Shown piece after piece: positions 17,174 to 24,932 of a stretch of 64,000 nt of DNA; the first letter of the stretch is position 1, and every line of letters starts with the position of its first letter. The stretch is from assembly GCA_965218875.1 (NCBI GenBank), contig OZ244707.1:2000504-2064503 (forward strand). The letters run 5' to 3'. The translations under genes were made by a program, and so were the position numbers. The notes beneath the pieces are model-generated. The model was not told the DNA's origin and did no database searches. It worked only from the letters and a program-made list of their open reading frames with translations. The DNA is from Dehalococcoidia bacterium (lineage in GTDB: Bacteria; Chloroflexota; Dehalococcoidia; Lucifugimonadales; UBA3495).

Positions 17174-19033
17174 GTGGAGTTGCGCAACCTGGCAAACTTC
17201 CTGGTCCACCTATTTGGCCGGAACGGGGACACGGACCGGGTGTTCCTCTCGGTGGTCCACGACCGCTGTTTGTTGTGCGAAGAACCCATAGGGGAATCGC
17301 CCGCCTACCACACCTACCGGGTGTGCCCCTACTGCCGGTTCCACTACACGCTGTCCGCTCGGGAGCGCGTCGAACTCCTGGCGGACAAGGGGACCTTCAA
17401 GGAGTCTCACAAGTATCTGAGCTCGGTGTCCCCCCTTGCCTTCTCCCGGTGGGGCCGCTATGCCAAGCGGCTGTCCTTGGACCAGGACCGCACCGGCCTT
17501 ACCGAGGCCGCGGTCACCGGCCGGTGCAACATCGGGGGCATCGGCGTAATGCTGGTGGTGCTAGACTTCGGGTTCATGGGCGGTAGCATGGGGAGCGTGG
17601 TCGGAGAGAAGGTGGCCACGGCCCTGGAGACGGCGGCCCGCCAGAGCCTTCCGGTGGTCGCTCTGGTGTCCGGCGGCGGCGCCCGGGTGCAGGAGGGGGT
17701 CCTGTCCTTGATGCAGATGGCCAAGACCGTGGCCGCGGCCAATCGCCTGCGCAAGGAGGGCGCGCCGTTCATCGTGGTGCTGTCCAATCCGTCGACGGGT
17801 CAGGCCTACGCCAGCTTCGCCAACCTGGCCGACGTGATACTGGCCGAGCCGGGTTCCCTCATCGGCCTGGCTCCCCTGCGGACCCTCCAGGAAGCTTCCA
17901 GCAGGCCCCTTCCTCTGGACGCCCACACGGCGGAGGCCCACCTGGGCCACGGCCTGCTGGACAACGTGGTTGACCGGGAAGTGCTCCAGGCGCGGCTGGC
18001 GACCATACTCCAGATACTGACCTCTCAAACACTGAGCGGAGAGAATGGCAAGGACCTCGCCAAGGCCGAGACTGAACCGCCGCCCGAGCCTGACGTGTGG
18101 GAGGCGGTGACCATCGCCCGGCACGCCGAAAGGCCCATGGCCATGGCCTATATGCGGTCCATGGTGGAGCCTTTCATCGAGTTGCGGGGCGACCGGCTCA
18201 ACAGCGACGACCGCACCATCGTGGGCGGGGTGGGCTTCCTGTCCGGCCAGCCCATGGTCATCATCGGCCAGCAACGCCGTCCCGGCCTGGAGGGCGAGCG
18301 GTACCACGTTTACCCCGACGGGCTCCGCAAGGCCCAGCGGTTGATCCAGTTGGCGGCCCGGTTCCGGCTGCCGCTGGTGACCCTGATAGACACCCACGGG
18401 GCCGACCCCGGCTTGGAGGCGGAAGAGCAGGGGATGGGCAACGCTATAGCCACCACCCTGTCGATCATGATGGAAGCCCCGGTGCCCATAGTGTCGGTGA
18501 TCATCGGGGAGAGCGGCAGCGAGGGCGCCCTGGCCCTTAGCTTGTCCGACCGGATATTGATGCAGCAATACTCCGTGTACTCACCCATATCCCTCAACCG
18601 TCACCTGGGCGGTCCTTTCCCCGACCACCTGCTGGACCGGGAGGCGGCGCAGGCCCTGATGTTGACTTCTCAGGACTGCCTGGAGCTGGGCATCGCGGAC
18701 CAGATCGTGCCGGAGCCGGAGGGCGGCGCTCACTCCAGTCCCCGGGAGGCGGCCGGTACGCTGCAAGCCGCCGTGCACCGGCAGTTGACCGAGCTCACCA
18801 AGCTGTCCCAGAGCAAGCTGTTGAAGCGCCGCTATCAGAAGTTCCGGCGCATGGGCGAGCAGACGGCCTACTCCCAAGAGGCGCTGGGGTTGGAAGTGGA
18901 GATGCTCATCAACATTTCCGCCGATGGCGTGCGGCAGGGGCGGCTGGTCAGGACCAAGGCGGGGCGCGGTTCGGAGAACGGCGCCGGCGACGCGTTCTTG
19001 GTCACGCCGGTTCCCTCGGCGGAGGACGGCTAG
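17174..19033 (+). CDS. Acetyl-CoA carboxylase carboxyltransferase, fused beta (AccD) and alpha (AccA) subunits
   Basis: N-terminal AccD zinc ribbon (CLLCEEP...CPYCRFHYTLSARERVELL) and GGSMG. The C-terminal half is AccA-like (ARHAERPMAMAYM...LIDTHGADPGLEAEEQG). The exact start is uncertain (GTG 17174 or TTG 17180). Confidence 0.85.
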   Translation: MELRNLANFLVHLFGRNGDTDRVFLSVVHDRCLLCEEPIGESPAYHTYRVCPYCRFHYTLSARERVELLADKGTFKESHKYLSSVSPLAFSRWGRYAKRLSLDQDRTGLTEAAVTGRCNIGGIGVMLVVLDFGFMGGSMGSVVGEKVATALETAARQSLPVVALVSGGGARVQEGVLSLMQMAKTVAAANRLRKEGAPFIVVLSNPSTGQAYASFANLADVILAEPGSLIGLAPLRTLQEASSRPLPLDAHTAEAHLGHGLLDNVVDREVLQARLATILQILTSQTLSGENGKDLAKAETEPPPEPDVWEAVTIARHAERPMAMAYMRSMVEPFIELRGDRLNSDDRTIVGGVGFLSGQPMVIIGQQRRPGLEGERYHVYPDGLRKAQRLIQLAARFRLPLVTLIDTHGADPGLEAEEQGMGNAIATTLSIMMEAPVPIVSVIIGESGSEGALALSLSDRILMQQYSVYSPISLNRHLGGPFPDHLLDREAAQALMLTSQDCLELGIADQIVPEPEGGAHSSPREAAGTLQAAVHRQLTELTKLSQSKLLKRRYQKFRRMGEQTAYSQEALGLEVEMLINISADGVRQGRLVRTKAGRGSENGAGDAFLVTPVPSAEDG

Positions 19034-19072
19034 CCGCCGCCAGGGAGCTTCGCGGCGGGACTCCCCCGCAGT

Positions 19073-19882
19073 TCAGGCCGCTTCCCGGCCGAACTCCTGC
19101 AGGCTCTTCCTAACGCCGTTGACCAGGTGGGTGTATTCCATCCCCACGTCGGGATCGGCGAGGACGGTGGGCTTGGAGGTGTCCCGGTAGCTGCCCCGCA
19201 GCGCCATGCTTCCCAGGAAGGGCGCGTCCACCTCCAGGGCCAGCTTCAGCGCGCCGCCTTCCCCGAATACCTCTCCGCTATAGTTCTCCACAACGCCCAG
19301 GACGTTTAGATTGAGCTTGCGGATCATGTTGATGCACCGCTTGGCGTCCATGTTGGCCAGCTCTTGGGGTGTGCTGACCACCACGAAGCCGTCCATGGGC
19401 AGGGTCTGCATCACCGTCAGCGGGGAGTCGGAGGTGCCGGGGGGCAGGTCCACCAACAGGTAGTCCAACTCGCCCCAGTTGGTTATCTGGAGGAACTGGT
19501 TGATGGCGTTGTGGATCATCGGCCCGCGCCATATGATGGCTTCCTCCTCCTTCTCCTGGAAGAAGGCCATGGACACCACCTTCACGCCCCACTTTTCCGC
19601 GGGGATGATTTGGCCGTCGACGTAGTCCGGTTTTTCGGAAATGCCCAGGACCTTGGTCACGTTGGGGCAGTCGATATCCACGTCCAGAAGGCCCACGCTC
19701 TTGCCCTGCTGCGCCAGCGCCGCCGCCAGGTTGACGGCCACGGTGGTCTTCCCCACCCCGCCTTTGCCGCTGTAGACGCCGATCTTGGTGCGGACCTTGG
19801 ACAGCCGGTCGGTGATCTGCCGTTTTTGTTGCCAGGTCCGCTTGATCTGCTCCAGACGGGCGTTTTCCTGTGGAGTTGCCAT
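19073..19882 (-). CDS. Mrp/NBP35 (ApbC) family Fe-S cluster carrier ATPase
   Basis: Deviant Walker A GKGGVGKTTVAVNLAAALA and the CPN motif region (DVDIDCPN). Confidence 0.9.
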   Translation of the reverse strand: MATPQENARLEQIKRTWQQKRQITDRLSKVRTKIGVYSGKGGVGKTTVAVNLAAALAQQGKSVGLLDVDIDCPNVTKVLGISEKPDYVDGQIIPAEKWGVKVVSMAFFQEKEEEAIIWRGPMIHNAINQFLQITNWGELDYLLVDLPPGTSDSPLTVMQTLPMDGFVVVSTPQELANMDAKRCINMIRKLNLNVLGVVENYSGEVFGEGGALKLALEVDAPFLGSMALRGSYRDTSKPTVLADPDVGMEYTHLVNGVRKSLQEFGREAA

Positions 19883-19889
19883 GGCGCCC

Positions 19890-20201
19890 CTAGATGCCCA
19901 ACTGCGCCTTGGCTTCTTCGCTGATGAGGTCGGGAGACCAGGGGGGATCGAATACCATCTCGATCTCCACCTCGCCCGCGCCCTCCAGGTCCTGGACCGC
20001 CCACTCGGCTTGCTGGGCGATAAAGGGCCCCATGCCGCAGCCGGGGAAGGTCAGGGTCATCTGCACGTAGATGCCGCCGCCGTCGTTGACCTGCACGTCG
20101 TAAACCAGGCCCAGGTCCACAATGTTCACCGGGATCTCCGGGTCGTAGACCGTTTTCAGCGCTTCTACAACGCTGTCCTTAGTCAGAGTAGCTTCTGCCA
20201 T
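19890..20201 (-). CDS. DUF59 (SufT/PaaD-like) metal-sulfur cluster assembly protein
   Basis: VVEALKTVYDPEIPVNIVDLGLVYDV...TLTFPGCGMG is the DUF59 signature. It lies immediately upstream of the Mrp gene. Confidence 0.8.
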   Translation of the reverse strand: MAEATLTKDSVVEALKTVYDPEIPVNIVDLGLVYDVQVNDGGGIYVQMTLTFPGCGMGPFIAQQAEWAVQDLEGAGEVEIEMVFDPPWSPDLISEEAKAQLGI

Positions 20202-20371
20202 TACTGCCTCCTGCTGCGCCGGGTAAGGCGATTATATCTATAGTCGACTAAATAGGTCAACAATTGCGGCGCGAGCAGCGCCCGACAGGCTGGACCGGCG
20301 GCCGGCCGGGCGTCGGACGCCGCCGGCGCTACTCGTCCTTGCCGGAGTCCCAAGCCCCTGCGCCTCGCCGT

Positions 20372-20518
20372 CCGGGGTCTTTCGATTGTCCTATTCTGCT
20401 ACCCTGATGTCCTACTCTGCTACCCTGAGCGTAGCCGAAGGGCCTAAGATGCTTCGGCAGGCTCGGCATGACATGGTGGGGAAGTGCCTCAAGCTCCATG
20501 ATAATCGAATGATCTGAG
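20372..20518. repeat. MITE-like element (element E)
   Basis: Left CCGGGGTCTTTCGATTGTCC; right (reverse complement) CTCAGATCATTCGATTATC. The interior has CTACCCTGAGCGTAGCCGAAGGGCCT REP-like units. Same terminus family as elements A and H. Confidence 0.6.
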
Positions 20519-20788
20519 GCAGGAGCTTATTGACAACTGCCAGGAGAAGTCGGACGAGATGTTCGAGCGGTATCCCCCTCCGCCGGAGCGGTAGAAGAGC
20601 AAACCCGTGTCCGCTCTGTTGCTGGAGGTGGTGTTGGCCAGGAATCGGGGAGGGTGGCTGGAGGAACTCACCGGCATCCACGTCGAGGTGCCCGGCGAGT
20701 GGTCCTGGTGGAGGTCGGGATCGCGGTGGGAATCACGGTCCTGGGCCGGATAATCGGGGGAGGACGGAGACGCTAGTGGGGATTGGGC

Positions 20789-21172
20789 TTAACGATCGGA
20801 AACCAGGGATTCGGCTTGTTGGATATAGTCGCTGGTCGAACGGATATCCTCGCTTATGGTCGGCCCGTCACAGTCACCGTCGTAAAAACAACCGCCGTGC
20901 AAATAGGTCAGTTGGCGCGAGTATTGATCCCGCAAGGCCCGGATTCGGCGATCCTGCTGTTCCAATGTCCCAAGGCCCTTCCTGGTCTGACCGCTAGTCC
21001 TAGGTTCCTCCCCGGTCCGGGCCAGAATCAACGCGTCGGTGGCCCGCTTCGTGGCACACCACGCCTTTTCTGCCGCGTCCCGGATGTCACCGGCGTCCAG
21101 TCGTTCCAGGGCGGCTTCCTGCATGGCGTGGGCGTCGCCAAACACCGCCTGAACTCTGTCGGTGGCCACCAT
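20789..21172 (-). CDS. PaREP1/HEPN-like small helical protein
   Basis: GDIRDAAEKAWCATKRATDALILA...LTYLHGGCFYDG resembles the archaeal PaREP1 family pattern. The first 13 codons lie in the solo IS-end copy, so the native start may be ATG 21124 (MQEAALERL). Confidence 0.5.
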   Translation of the reverse strand: MVATDRVQAVFGDAHAMQEAALERLDAGDIRDAAEKAWCATKRATDALILARTGEEPRTSGQTRKGLGTLEQQDRRIRALRDQYSRQLTYLHGGCFYDGDCDGPTISEDIRSTSDYIQQAESLVSDR

Positions 21173-21272
21173 ACCGCTGTCTCCCTACCCGGGATTAAAA
21201 AATCGGCAGAAAACTGCAGCCGATATTATGGGTAAGGGGTGCTTGCCGGTCAACTGCCAACGTGTCACTCCC
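21135..21272. repeat. Solo copy of the ISAs1-like right end (138 bp)
   Basis: Matches 22354..22491 with 3 mismatches by my count. The second copy encodes the transposase C-terminus plus the IS end. Confidence 0.85.
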
Positions 21273-22491
21273 AGGACGATTGCAAAGTCAGAGAAGGAGG
21301 TTTATATAAGGCAGGTAAGAGATAGAAGAGATAGGGGAGGGTGAGGATATGGAGGCGGCGGAATCTCTGTTCAAGTGCTTGGAGCAAGTGCCGGACCCCA
21401 GGAGAGCCAGGGGAGTCCGCCATCCCTTCCAAGCCGTACTGCGTCTGACCCTGCTGGGGTTGGTCTGTGGTCAGACTACCATGGCCCACATCGCCCACTT
21501 CGCCAAGATGCACTGGCCGGGGCTGAGGGAGCCTCTGGGGTTTGTTCGGGACCATCCGCCCCACGCCACCACCATCTCTCGCACCCTGGCAGGGGTGCCC
21601 TATGAGCAGTTGCAGGGAGCCCTGACCGGCTGGGTGTCCCACGTGGTGGCGGAGCAGGAATTCAATGCCTCGGTGGACGGCAAGTGGGCCAAGCAGTCCG
21701 AGGACGCCAACGGGAATCCCCTGGTGATGGTGAACGTGCTGGCCCATGACCTGAAGTTGTGTTTAGCCCAGTGGCCGGCGTCGAAGAAGCGGTACGAACC
21801 TGGGGTGTTGCGGGAACAACTGGGCCGGCTGTTCGGGGACTATCCTGGCCTGCGGCTGCTGACCATGGACGCCCTGTATGCGGAGCGGGACTTGTGCCGA
21901 GCCATAGTCAGCCACCGGCGGGACTATCTGGTGCGAATCAAGGGCAACCAGCCTGAGGCGCTGGCTGCAATAAAAGACGGGTTTGCCGGGGAGGAACTGG
22001 AGGAGCCGCAGGCGGAGACCCTGGAAAAAAAGCGGGTGTGATCGAGCGGCGGCGGATCTGGACTGATGACGTACTGGCCGACTACATCCGGGAGGAGTTG
22101 GAGTTTCCCGGGGCGAGGCAGGGGGTGATGGTGGAGAAGGAGACGGTGGCTATAGCCACCGGGGAGGTAAGCCGGGAGCGCTGGTATCTGCTGACCAGTC
22201 TGAGTTCCCGGCAGTGCGGCCCAGCAGAACTGCTCCGGGCGTTCCGCAACCACTGGAGCGTTGAGAACAGCCTGCATCACGTGAAGGACCGCAGTTGGGA
22301 TGAGGACGTCCACACACTTCGCCGTCCCGGCCTGGGTGAGATATATGCCACCCTCGCCAAACACCGCCTGAACTCTGTCGGTGGCCACCATACCGCTGTC
22401 TCCCTACCCGGGATTAAAAAATCGGCAGAAAACTGTAGTCAATATTATGGGTAAGGGGTGCTTGCCGGTCAACTGCCAACGTGTCACTCCC
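21273..22491 (+). mobile_element. ISAs1-family insertion sequence (about 1.22 kb)
   Basis: Contains the transposase. The unit length of 1219 bp is defined by the offset between the two 138-bp copies. Terminal inverted repeats are only weakly recognisable. Confidence 0.7.
21349..22454 (+). CDS. ISAs1-family (H-repeat-associated) transposase in two frames (21349..22041 and 22038..22454)
   Basis: N-terminus FKCLEQVPDPRRARGVRHPFQAVLRLTLLGLVCG (DDE_Tnp_1_assoc-like). C-terminus HWSVENSLHHVKDRSWDEDVHTLRR...ATLAKHRLNSV. The frames switch by -1 at GAA AAA AAG (22024..22032). Confidence 0.8.
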
Positions 22492-22742
22492 CTTCATCTC
22501 CTTCATCTCCCGCCCCCAGAGGCCGTACGCCAAACCAAAACGGCACCCTCGCCGTCCCATCGCGTTGCTATCAAAGACGGAAGCTGCTACCATAGCCGGA
22601 CATGCCTGGGAGTAGCAGGATAGACTAATCACGGCTGAAACGGTCCGGCCGGCGAAACCCCGGCCCGTTCATCGACGGCAATGGCAACCGGCGCGGCTGC
22701 GGGTCGCTGCGGCAACACCTAGATCTGAGGAGGCATCGGACT

Positions 22743-23555
22743 TTGGAACAGCACGCCAGTCCCTCTCTTTCGGAGGCCCTGACCAGGTTCATGGTTTCAA
22801 AGAAAAACGGCAAGGGAGGAGCAACCGACCACTCGGAATTGGGACGCTTCGTGGCCTGGTGCGGACGGGAGAGAACCGTGATGGATGTGTCCCCGTCGGA
22901 AGTTGCCGACTACGCCCAGCACATCGGCCTGGGAGGAGTCGAGTCGGCCCAAAGATTGACTCCCGTAAAAGCGTTTCTTGGCTACTGGAAGGACGAGGGC
23001 TGGATTGAGACCGGGCTGGCCGCCCACCTCCGGTTGCCCAGGTCCCGCCGCAACAGCGCCAGGAAGGGCGGCGGCGTTTCTGCGCCCGAGGCCACCCAGT
23101 TGAGCCAGGAGGGGTACGATCGTCTCATGGGGCAGCTCGCCGACCTGAAGGCGGAAAGGGCCGGCGTGACCGAGGACATCCGGCGGGCCATGGAAGACAA
23201 GGACTTCCGGGAAAACGCGCCGCTGGACGCCGCCAAAGAGCGGCAGGGCATCATCGAATCGAGAATTAGGGAGCTGGAGGCCGGCCTGACCAACACCCGG
23301 ATCATGAACGACCGGCCGGCTAAGCCCCGGCAGACCTCGGCTGTTGGCGCCAAGGTGACCCTGAAGGACGCGGCGTCGGGCAAGAGGTTGGCTTATACCC
23401 TAGTAGACGTCCGCGAGGCCGACGCGGAATCAGGCAAGATATCGACCACCTCTCCCGTGGGGCAGGCCCTGATGAACCGGGTCGTGGGCGACGAGGTAGT
23501 TATAAACGTGCCCAAGGGGACGCTGCGCTATACCGTCGAGCGCGTGGAGGGTTAA
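22743..23555 (+). CDS. GreA/GreB-family transcript cleavage factor with an integrase-SAM-like N-terminal extension of about 110 aa
   Basis: C-terminal 160 aa: LSQEGYDRLMGQLADLK...DKDFRENAPLDAAKERQGIIESRIRELE...GAKVTLKD...YTLVDVREADAESGKISTTSPVGQALMNRVVGDEV. N-terminus: LTRFMVSKK...VSPSEVADYAQHI...VKAFLGYWKDEGWI. TTG start with GAGGAGG upstream. Confidence 0.75.
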   Translation: MEQHASPSLSEALTRFMVSKKNGKGGATDHSELGRFVAWCGRERTVMDVSPSEVADYAQHIGLGGVESAQRLTPVKAFLGYWKDEGWIETGLAAHLRLPRSRRNSARKGGGVSAPEATQLSQEGYDRLMGQLADLKAERAGVTEDIRRAMEDKDFRENAPLDAAKERQGIIESRIRELEAGLTNTRIMNDRPAKPRQTSAVGAKVTLKDAASGKRLAYTLVDVREADAESGKISTTSPVGQALMNRVVGDEVVINVPKGTLRYTVERVEG

Positions 23556-23628
23556 CGCGCCGGCGCTCTGACGGACCGGGGTGCGGACGGCCCCAGCCCC
23601 AAAAAGGGGCCCCAGGCAAGTCCAACGC

Positions 23629-23655
23629 GAGAGGCCCGGACAATCCGGGCCTCTC
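23629..23655. terminator. Strong hairpin between convergent genes (possible bidirectional terminator)
   Basis: GAGAGGCCCGGA-CAA-TCCGGGCCTCTC is a perfect 12-bp stem, followed on the plus strand by GTCTTGT. It lies 7 nt past the peroxiredoxin stop on the minus strand. No clean U-tract. Confidence 0.45.
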
Positions 23656-23661
23656 GTCTTG

Positions 23662-24126
23662 TCAGGTCAAGCCCTCCACTATCTTAAGTATCTCCTCAGT
23701 GTCCGGAAGCGTTCCGGGGGCGTACGTCTGCCTGTGGCGTATTACCCCCTGCTTGTCCACCACCACCACTGCCCGCGTACCTGCTCCGCGTTCCTCGTTC
23801 CAGAGCTCATAGGCTTGGGTGGCTCGGCCCTTGGGATGAAAGTCCGACAACTCCGGGTAGGTGAGACCGCCCATGGAGGCGGACCAAGCCCGGTGGGAGT
23901 GGACCGAATCGCAGCTTATGCCCAGAACCTGGGCATTCTTCTCGTCGAACCGGCTGTTGGCCTGCCGGAACGCCATCGCTTGGGTCGTTCAACCGGAGGT
24001 GAAGTCGAAAACGTGGAAGGAGAGCACCACGGCTTTCTCGCCCCGGAAGGAACTCAGGATCACGTCGCCGTGGTCCACGGAGGGCAAGGTAAACTCGGGT
24101 GCGGCATCACCAACTTGCGCAGGCAT
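23662..24126 (-). CDS. Bcp/PrxQ-type peroxiredoxin with in-frame TGA (probable selenocysteine) at the peroxidatic position
   Basis: ATG 24126 (GAGG upstream) gives MPAQVGDAAPEFTLPSVDHGDVILSSFRGEKAVVLSFHVFDFTSG, then TGA (23991..23989), then TTQAMAFRQANSRFDEKNAQVLGISCDS... in the same frame. The track lists only 23662..23976. Confidence 0.75.
23946..23972 (-). promoter_or_regulatory. Candidate bacterial SECIS hairpin
   Basis: mRNA CGUUCCGGC-AGGCCAACA-GCCGGUUCG has a 5-bp GC stem, a 2x2 internal loop and 2 further pairs. It starts about 17 nt after the UGA. Folded by eye only. Confidence 0.3.
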
Positions 24127-24279
24127 AGGCCAACCTCAACTAGGGCCCTGGGCATGGCCCCGGAGTAGGCCCGCCCTTGGGCGACGGGCCGCAGGAATTA
24201 TACCCCACAAAGCGAAGGGCCCGCCTCCTGCTTGGCACTGTCGTTCCCGCCGGCGTTCCTGCCCGCCTGTGGGCGTCCC

Positions 24280-24798
24280 CTAGCCAAGGCCAGGGGAGTG
24301 GTCGTTGGAGAATCCCGCCGGCGATGAATCGCCAATCTGCAGCGCCGCATTGCCGGTCAGAGACCTCAACCGGGCCCGCTGGTCCCCGTCTTCGATGGTG
24401 AACTGCCGAGGGCCCTCCGCCCGCACCTCCTCTATCTCCGAGAGAAAGTCCTCTATTTCGGCCATGAAAAATCGTATCTCATCGCCCCGCATCCGATTCT
24501 CATAGAAGTTACGGTGCAAGGAGTCGCCGTGCAGGATGGAAGTAAGAATCGACGGCTTCTGAAACTCTTGAGCAAGTTGGGCGCCAACGTCCATGACCTG
24601 CCGGTGATGGATGTTGTTCCATCCCCGTTCCTTGGCCACGGACTTGAGGGCATGGGCCACCGCGGCCCAGGCCTTCTCCGAGGCTTGGAGCCGGTGGCCC
24701 TGGGCAAGCTCCGCACTGGCTTGGGCCAGGAAGCCCCGGCTTATGGCTACGTGGTCCTCGGGGCTGGAAGCCCCGGGCTCAGGCAATGCGCTCGTCAT
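24280..24798 (-). CDS. PaREP1/HEPN-like helical protein
   Basis: GHRLQASEKAWAAVAHALKSVAKERGW...ILHGDSLHRNFYEN shows the same pattern as the 20789..21172 product. A perfect TATAAT (24831..24826 on minus) and AAGGAA precede the ATG. Confidence 0.5.
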   Translation of the reverse strand: MTSALPEPGASSPEDHVAISRGFLAQASAELAQGHRLQASEKAWAAVAHALKSVAKERGWNNIHHRQVMDVGAQLAQEFQKPSILTSILHGDSLHRNFYENRMRGDEIRFFMAEIEDFLSEIEEVRAEGPRQFTIEDGDQRARLRSLTGNAALQIGDSSPAGFSNDHSPGLG

Positions 24799-24932
24799 AT
24801 TGTTCCTTGGCCTACGGTAGCCCTAATTATAGCAGAGAGGTCCGATTTCGAACCTTGGAGAGACTTGCCACGGGCCAAGGCCGCGGGGTGCGCCGTGCTA
24901 TACTACCGGCCTGCGTTGCACCGGGGCCGGGA

